Part shown: positions 57,841 to 61,314 of the stretch, piece after piece
Layout of the letters: the number at the start of each line of letters is the position of its first letter
Position numbering within the stretch: position 1 is the first letter of the stretch
DNA from: an uncultured Verrucomicrobiota bacterium
GTDB taxonomy: Bacteria > Verrucomicrobiota > Verrucomicrobiia > Palsa-1439
Reading direction: 5' to 3'
NCBI GenBank assembly: GCA_964566575.1
Contig: CAZMKD010000237.1
Coordinates: forward strand, 1-61,314
Length of the DNA stretch: 61,314 bases
Notes under the pieces: model-generated
What the model was told of the DNA's origin: nothing
The model's database searches: none
What the model saw: the letters and a program-made list of their open reading frames with translations, nothing else
Position numbers and translations under genes: made by a program

Positions 57841-59004
57841 ATGTTCGTCGACAAAGTCAGAATTCACGCCAAGGCCGGTAACGGCGGCAATGGGTGCGTC
57901 GCGTTTCGCCGCGAACAGTTCATCGACATGGGCGGCCCCAACGGCGGCAATGGTGGTGACGGCGGCGACATCGTACTTGTCGCCGACAAGAACGTCAGCG
58001 ATCTCTCCGATTATCATTTCTCACCGCGGCTCGTCGCACCGAACGGTGGACACGGGCGCGGCAAGAACTGCACGGGGCGCACCGGCAAGGCGAAAATCTT
58101 CAAGGTGCCGGTCGGCACACAAGTGTTTCGATTGAGCACGCCGGTGCGTCAACTCGGGTACCAGCGCTACCGGCCGGCCGCCGTGTCGGATGAAGTGGAT
58201 TGGAAGAGCACGAAGATGCTGGGCATTCCGCACCAACCGGGGCGCGCGCGGCAGGCGTTGGCCGTCGCGCAGTCGGGACTGTTGCCGCTGGCGGAGCCTG
58301 TCGAGACAGCGTTGCCCGAGCGCGAATTGATCGCCGACCTCGTCGAAGGCGGCCAGCGTTTTGTGTTGGCCAAGGGCGGAAATGCTGGACGCGGCAACAC
58401 CGCCTTCAAGAGCTCGACCCACCAAGCGCCACGCGAATTTGAATACGGCGAGCCGGGCGAGGAACTTCATGTCGAATTGGAGTTGAAGACGCTGGCGGAT
58501 GTCGGACTCGTTGGCTATCCGAACGCCGGCAAGTCCACGTTGCTGTCGAAGTTGACGCGGGCGCATCCGAAGATCGCAGCCTACCCGTTCACTACGTTGA
58601 CGCCAAACGTGGGGCTGACGGACTACGACGACTACGAGCGCATCACGATCGCCGACATTCCCGGCTTGATCGAGGATGCGCATACCGGCCGGGGGCTGGG
58701 GCACGATTTCCTCCGGCACATCGAGCGCTGCCGTCTACTGCTCATCCTGCTTGACATGGCCGGCGTGGATGCGCGCAAGCCGTGGGACGATTACCGGCAA
58801 CTCCTCAGTGAGTTGAAACTCTACAATCCAGAGATCCTCGACAAACCGCGGTTGGTCGTTGCGAACAAGATGGACTTGCCGGCGGCGAAGAAGAATCTCT
58901 CGGCGTTCAAGCGCAAACACCGCGTCCGCGTCGCTGAGATTTCGGCACAAGAACAGACCGGGCTCGACAAATTAAAGCTGGCATTGCGCAAGGCGCTGGC
59001 CTAG
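57841..59004 (+). CDS. obgE: Obg family GTPase
   Basis: MFVDKV..AGNGGNG, GYPNAGKST, YPFTT, DIPG, NKMD. Confidence 0.96.
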   Translation: MFVDKVRIHAKAGNGGNGCVAFRREQFIDMGGPNGGNGGDGGDIVLVADKNVSDLSDYHFSPRLVAPNGGHGRGKNCTGRTGKAKIFKVPVGTQVFRLSTPVRQLGYQRYRPAAVSDEVDWKSTKMLGIPHQPGRARQALAVAQSGLLPLAEPVETALPERELIADLVEGGQRFVLAKGGNAGRGNTAFKSSTHQAPREFEYGEPGEELHVELELKTLADVGLVGYPNAGKSTLLSKLTRAHPKIAAYPFTTLTPNVGLTDYDDYERITIADIPGLIEDAHTGRGLGHDFLRHIERCRLLLILLDMAGVDARKPWDDYRQLLSELKLYNPEILDKPRLVVANKMDLPAAKKNLSAFKRKHRVRVAEISAQEQTGLDKLKLALRKALA

Positions 59005-59031
59005 CATTCCTGCCGAGGCAAGGAGGAAGCG

Positions 59032-59385
59032 ATGTCAAGCATGGATGACATCAAGCGTGTAGTTTTGCACGTGGCAGTGGTCGGTGTGGCGGTCGGGCTG
59101 CTCTATTTCGTGCGTCCGCCGTGCCCGGTGCATGTGTTGACCGGGTGGAACTGTCCGGGTTGCGGCACCACTCGCGCTCTCCACCAACTCGCGCACGGCC
59201 ACCTGTGGGCGGCGTTTCGACTGAACCCGCTGACGTTTGTAATGCTGCCGGCGCTCGGACTGTTGTGGCGGACGGCGGGTGCGCGTCCTGCCTGGTTGTG
59301 GTCGCTCGTGGTTGTGCTGGTGGTGTTCGGTGTGATGCGCAATTTTCCGGGGCCACCGTTCGCGTTGTTTGCACTTCAACCCTAA
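59032..59385 (+). CDS. DUF2752 family membrane protein
   Basis: CP....TG..CPGCGTTRA..L.HG....AFRLNP. Confidence 0.85.
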   Translation: MSSMDDIKRVVLHVAVVGVAVGLLYFVRPPCPVHVLTGWNCPGCGTTRALHQLAHGHLWAAFRLNPLTFVMLPALGLLWRTAGARPAWLWSLVVVLVVFGVMRNFPGPPFALFALQP

Positions 59386-59403
59386 ACCAAAGTGGAACGT
59401 TCG

Positions 59404-59649
59404 ATGAGCAATGGCAAACCTGCTGGTGCGGAGAAAAAAGTCCCCGCCGGTATCCTGGCGATTCTGCTGGGCAGCCTCGGCATCCATAAGTTCTACCTCG
59501 GCTACACCGAGGAGGGAGTGATCCAACTCATTCTCGGCAGCATTTTCATTGGCGGCTTGATCGGTCTGATCGAGGGCATCATCTACCTCACGAAGTCCGA
59601 CGAGGATTTTGCCGCGACCTACGTCACAGGCAAGAAAGGCTGGTTCTAG
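59404..59649 (+). CDS. TM2-domain protein
   Basis: AGILAILLGSLGIHKFYLG, IEGIIYLTKSDEDF. Confidence 0.88.
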   Translation: MSNGKPAGAEKKVPAGILAILLGSLGIHKFYLGYTEEGVIQLILGSIFIGGLIGLIEGIIYLTKSDEDFAATYVTGKKGWF

Positions 59650-59656
59650 CACGACC

Positions 59657-60571
59657 ATGTACAAGTTGATTGGAGCAGACAAACGCGAATACGGCCCAGT
59701 CACCGCCGATCAACTCCGCCAGTGGATCGCCGAAGGCCGCGTCAACGCGCAGACGCCCGTTCAGCCTGAGGGCAGCACAGAGTGGAAAACCATCGGGGAG
59801 TTGCCGGAGTTTTCCGATGCGCTCAGCCAGACGTCGCCGCACGCGGAGGCAACCCCCGAGGAGATCGCCGCACGCGACTACCAAATCGAAATCGGTAGTT
59901 GCATCAGCCGCGGGTGGGAGTTGTTGAAGGCCAACATGGGCGTGCTCATCGGTGGCACAACGTTGATCATCCTCGCGCAGATGGCGCTTGGCGTTGTGCC
60001 GATCGTGGGCAGCCTGGCCGGTCTGATCGTTGGCGGCGTGCTCAACGGCGGGGTCTATTGGCTCTACCTCCGCACGTTACGCGGTGAATCCGGCGGCGTG
60101 GCGGACGCATTTGCCGGGTTCAATCGCGCCTTCGTGAAATTGATGTTAGGCAATGTCGTTGTGGCGTTACTGATCGGACTGCTCGTTGCGCCAGGCGCGG
60201 TTTGCATGGCAATCGGCGTCATCGCCCACGCGCACCACAATGCCGCGGGTGTGCCCGGCATTATCGTCGGCACCGGCTTGCTCGTCGCCGCCCTGCCCTT
60301 TGCCATCTACCTGTCGATCTGCTGGATTTTCACTCTGCCGCTGATCATCGACAAGCTGCTGGACTTTGGTGCCGCCATGAAACTCAGCCGGCAGATGGTG
60401 CGCAAGCATTGGTGGACCATTTTTGGTCTGGTGTTCGTAAACGCACTCGTCGCCGGTGCCGGCATTCTCGCCTGCGGAATCGGTCTGCTGTTCACAGTGC
60501 CGATTGCCATCGGCTCGATGGTGGTCGCCTATGAGGAGATTTTTGGAGCACGCCCCTCGCCCGCCGCTTGA
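59657..60571 (+). CDS. GYF_2 (DUF4339) domain membrane protein
   Basis: EYGPV..QLRQWIAEGRV..T.V..EG..EW plus multi-TM C-terminus. Confidence 0.85.
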   Translation: MYKLIGADKREYGPVTADQLRQWIAEGRVNAQTPVQPEGSTEWKTIGELPEFSDALSQTSPHAEATPEEIAARDYQIEIGSCISRGWELLKANMGVLIGGTTLIILAQMALGVVPIVGSLAGLIVGGVLNGGVYWLYLRTLRGESGGVADAFAGFNRAFVKLMLGNVVVALLIGLLVAPGAVCMAIGVIAHAHHNAAGVPGIIVGTGLLVAALPFAIYLSICWIFTLPLIIDKLLDFGAAMKLSRQMVRKHWWTIFGLVFVNALVAGAGILACGIGLLFTVPIAIGSMVVAYEEIFGARPSPAA

Positions 60572-60905
60572 CCGCGCCGCTGCCCGCAACTTCACCCTAA
60601 CCAACCTGCTCGCGTTGCCTGGCCTCGGCACGTGGCTGGCCGGTCGCCGGTTCGCGGGGGCAATCCAGATGACACTGGCAGTGACCGGCTTCGTGCTGAC
60701 TGCGGTGTGGGCCGGTGATTTCTTTCTCACATGGATTCGGACCGGCGAGTTCCCCGGCGATTTCAGCCGCCTGCTGTTCGTCGGTCTCGGCGGCGTGACG
60801 CTGTTCGCCACCGGGTGGCTCTCGTCACTAGTCAGCGGCTTGCGATTGCAGCGTGACGCGCGGGCGCACGAGCAGCGCGACCAAATTGAACGCGCCCACC
60901 AGTAG
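60531..60905 (+). CDS. small membrane protein (start uncertain)
   Basis: NLLALPGLGT motif and hydrophobic helices. Confidence 0.55.
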   Translation: MRRFLEHAPRPPLDRAAARNFTLTNLLALPGLGTWLAGRRFAGAIQMTLAVTGFVLTAVWAGDFFLTWIRTGEFPGDFSRLLFVGLGGVTLFATGWLSSLVSGLRLQRDARAHEQRDQIERAHQ

Positions 60906-61175
60906 CACCAGCGCCCGCATGCCGGTCACGAACGACAGTGACTCCAGTAGCCCGCCCACCAACGCCCCGATGAGGTTCGAGCCGAGCGCTCGCGATTTGT
61001 CGGCGCAGCCGGCAAAGGGCCGGATGAAGATCAGACCTGCGAAGAATGCCGGCGCCGTTAGAAACGCACTGGCGACGTCGAGTTTTGTGGCGCCGGTCAG
61101 CCTGTTGAAACTGTCCAACGCCACCAAGGCGAGCAGCAAACCCGTGCCCATCCAGCGGATCATTACCAACTCCAA
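60828..61175 (-). pseudogene. C-terminal fragment of a spermidine-synthase-like membrane protein
   Basis: FFAGLIF..F....RALGSNLIGALVGGLLE tail with no N-terminal portion. Confidence 0.45.
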
Positions 61176-61314
61176 ATCACTGCTGTCCGATTAAAAACCC
61201 TGTAAACACAGTTGATTTGTGAGGTTGAGCGTTTCGTCAATGGGTGGAGATGGAGCAAAGGCGTGCAAAATGGGCATTTTCTCGAACAACGTCAGGCTCG
61301 AAATCTGTAAAATC

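Overview
A high-GC bacterial chromosome segment, probably Verrucomicrobiota/PVC (inferred from gene content such as the DUF11/OmcB-like lipoprotein, ArgA type and NuoE-F fusion; not tested). Core genes: tRNA-Asn, mtnA-class II aldolase-HAD, addB-addA-PHP, lptF, aroF, dnaE, argA, def, erpA, a complete nuoA-N operon coupled to fumC, a NarL-type two-component pair, mscL and obg. The most notable signals are outside the ORF track. (1) Two integrase-less integron cassette arrays 18 kb apart, each with two cassettes. Three of the four cassettes have self-complementary R''/R' boxes. The arrays share left (TACTAATG) and right (GAATGCGGCCG-N17/18-GAAAAAGTTT) flanks, and one cassette has a co-varied non-canonical GAT/ATC core. 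(2) A complete ribosome-mediated attenuator upstream of aroF whose leader peptide carries a tri-aromatic WFWFFYF run. (3) Five copies of a 28-bp-arm palindromic element, seen only inside the nuo operon. One is read through by nuoM, and one has 27/28-identical arms acting like terminal inverted repeats around 1.9 kb of foreign genes. A MITE, an ORF6N gene and an EVE-DUF3883 nuclease also sit between nuo genes. (4) A Rex/CRP-type palindrome between nuoA and a divergent NDUFAF7/MidA methyltransferase. (5) Many core genes look leaderless. Positions 1-2370 look like the end of an island at the tRNA 3' end. No CRISPR array, rRNA, integrase or transposase was seen. All family assignments come from motif recognition by eye; no database searches were run.
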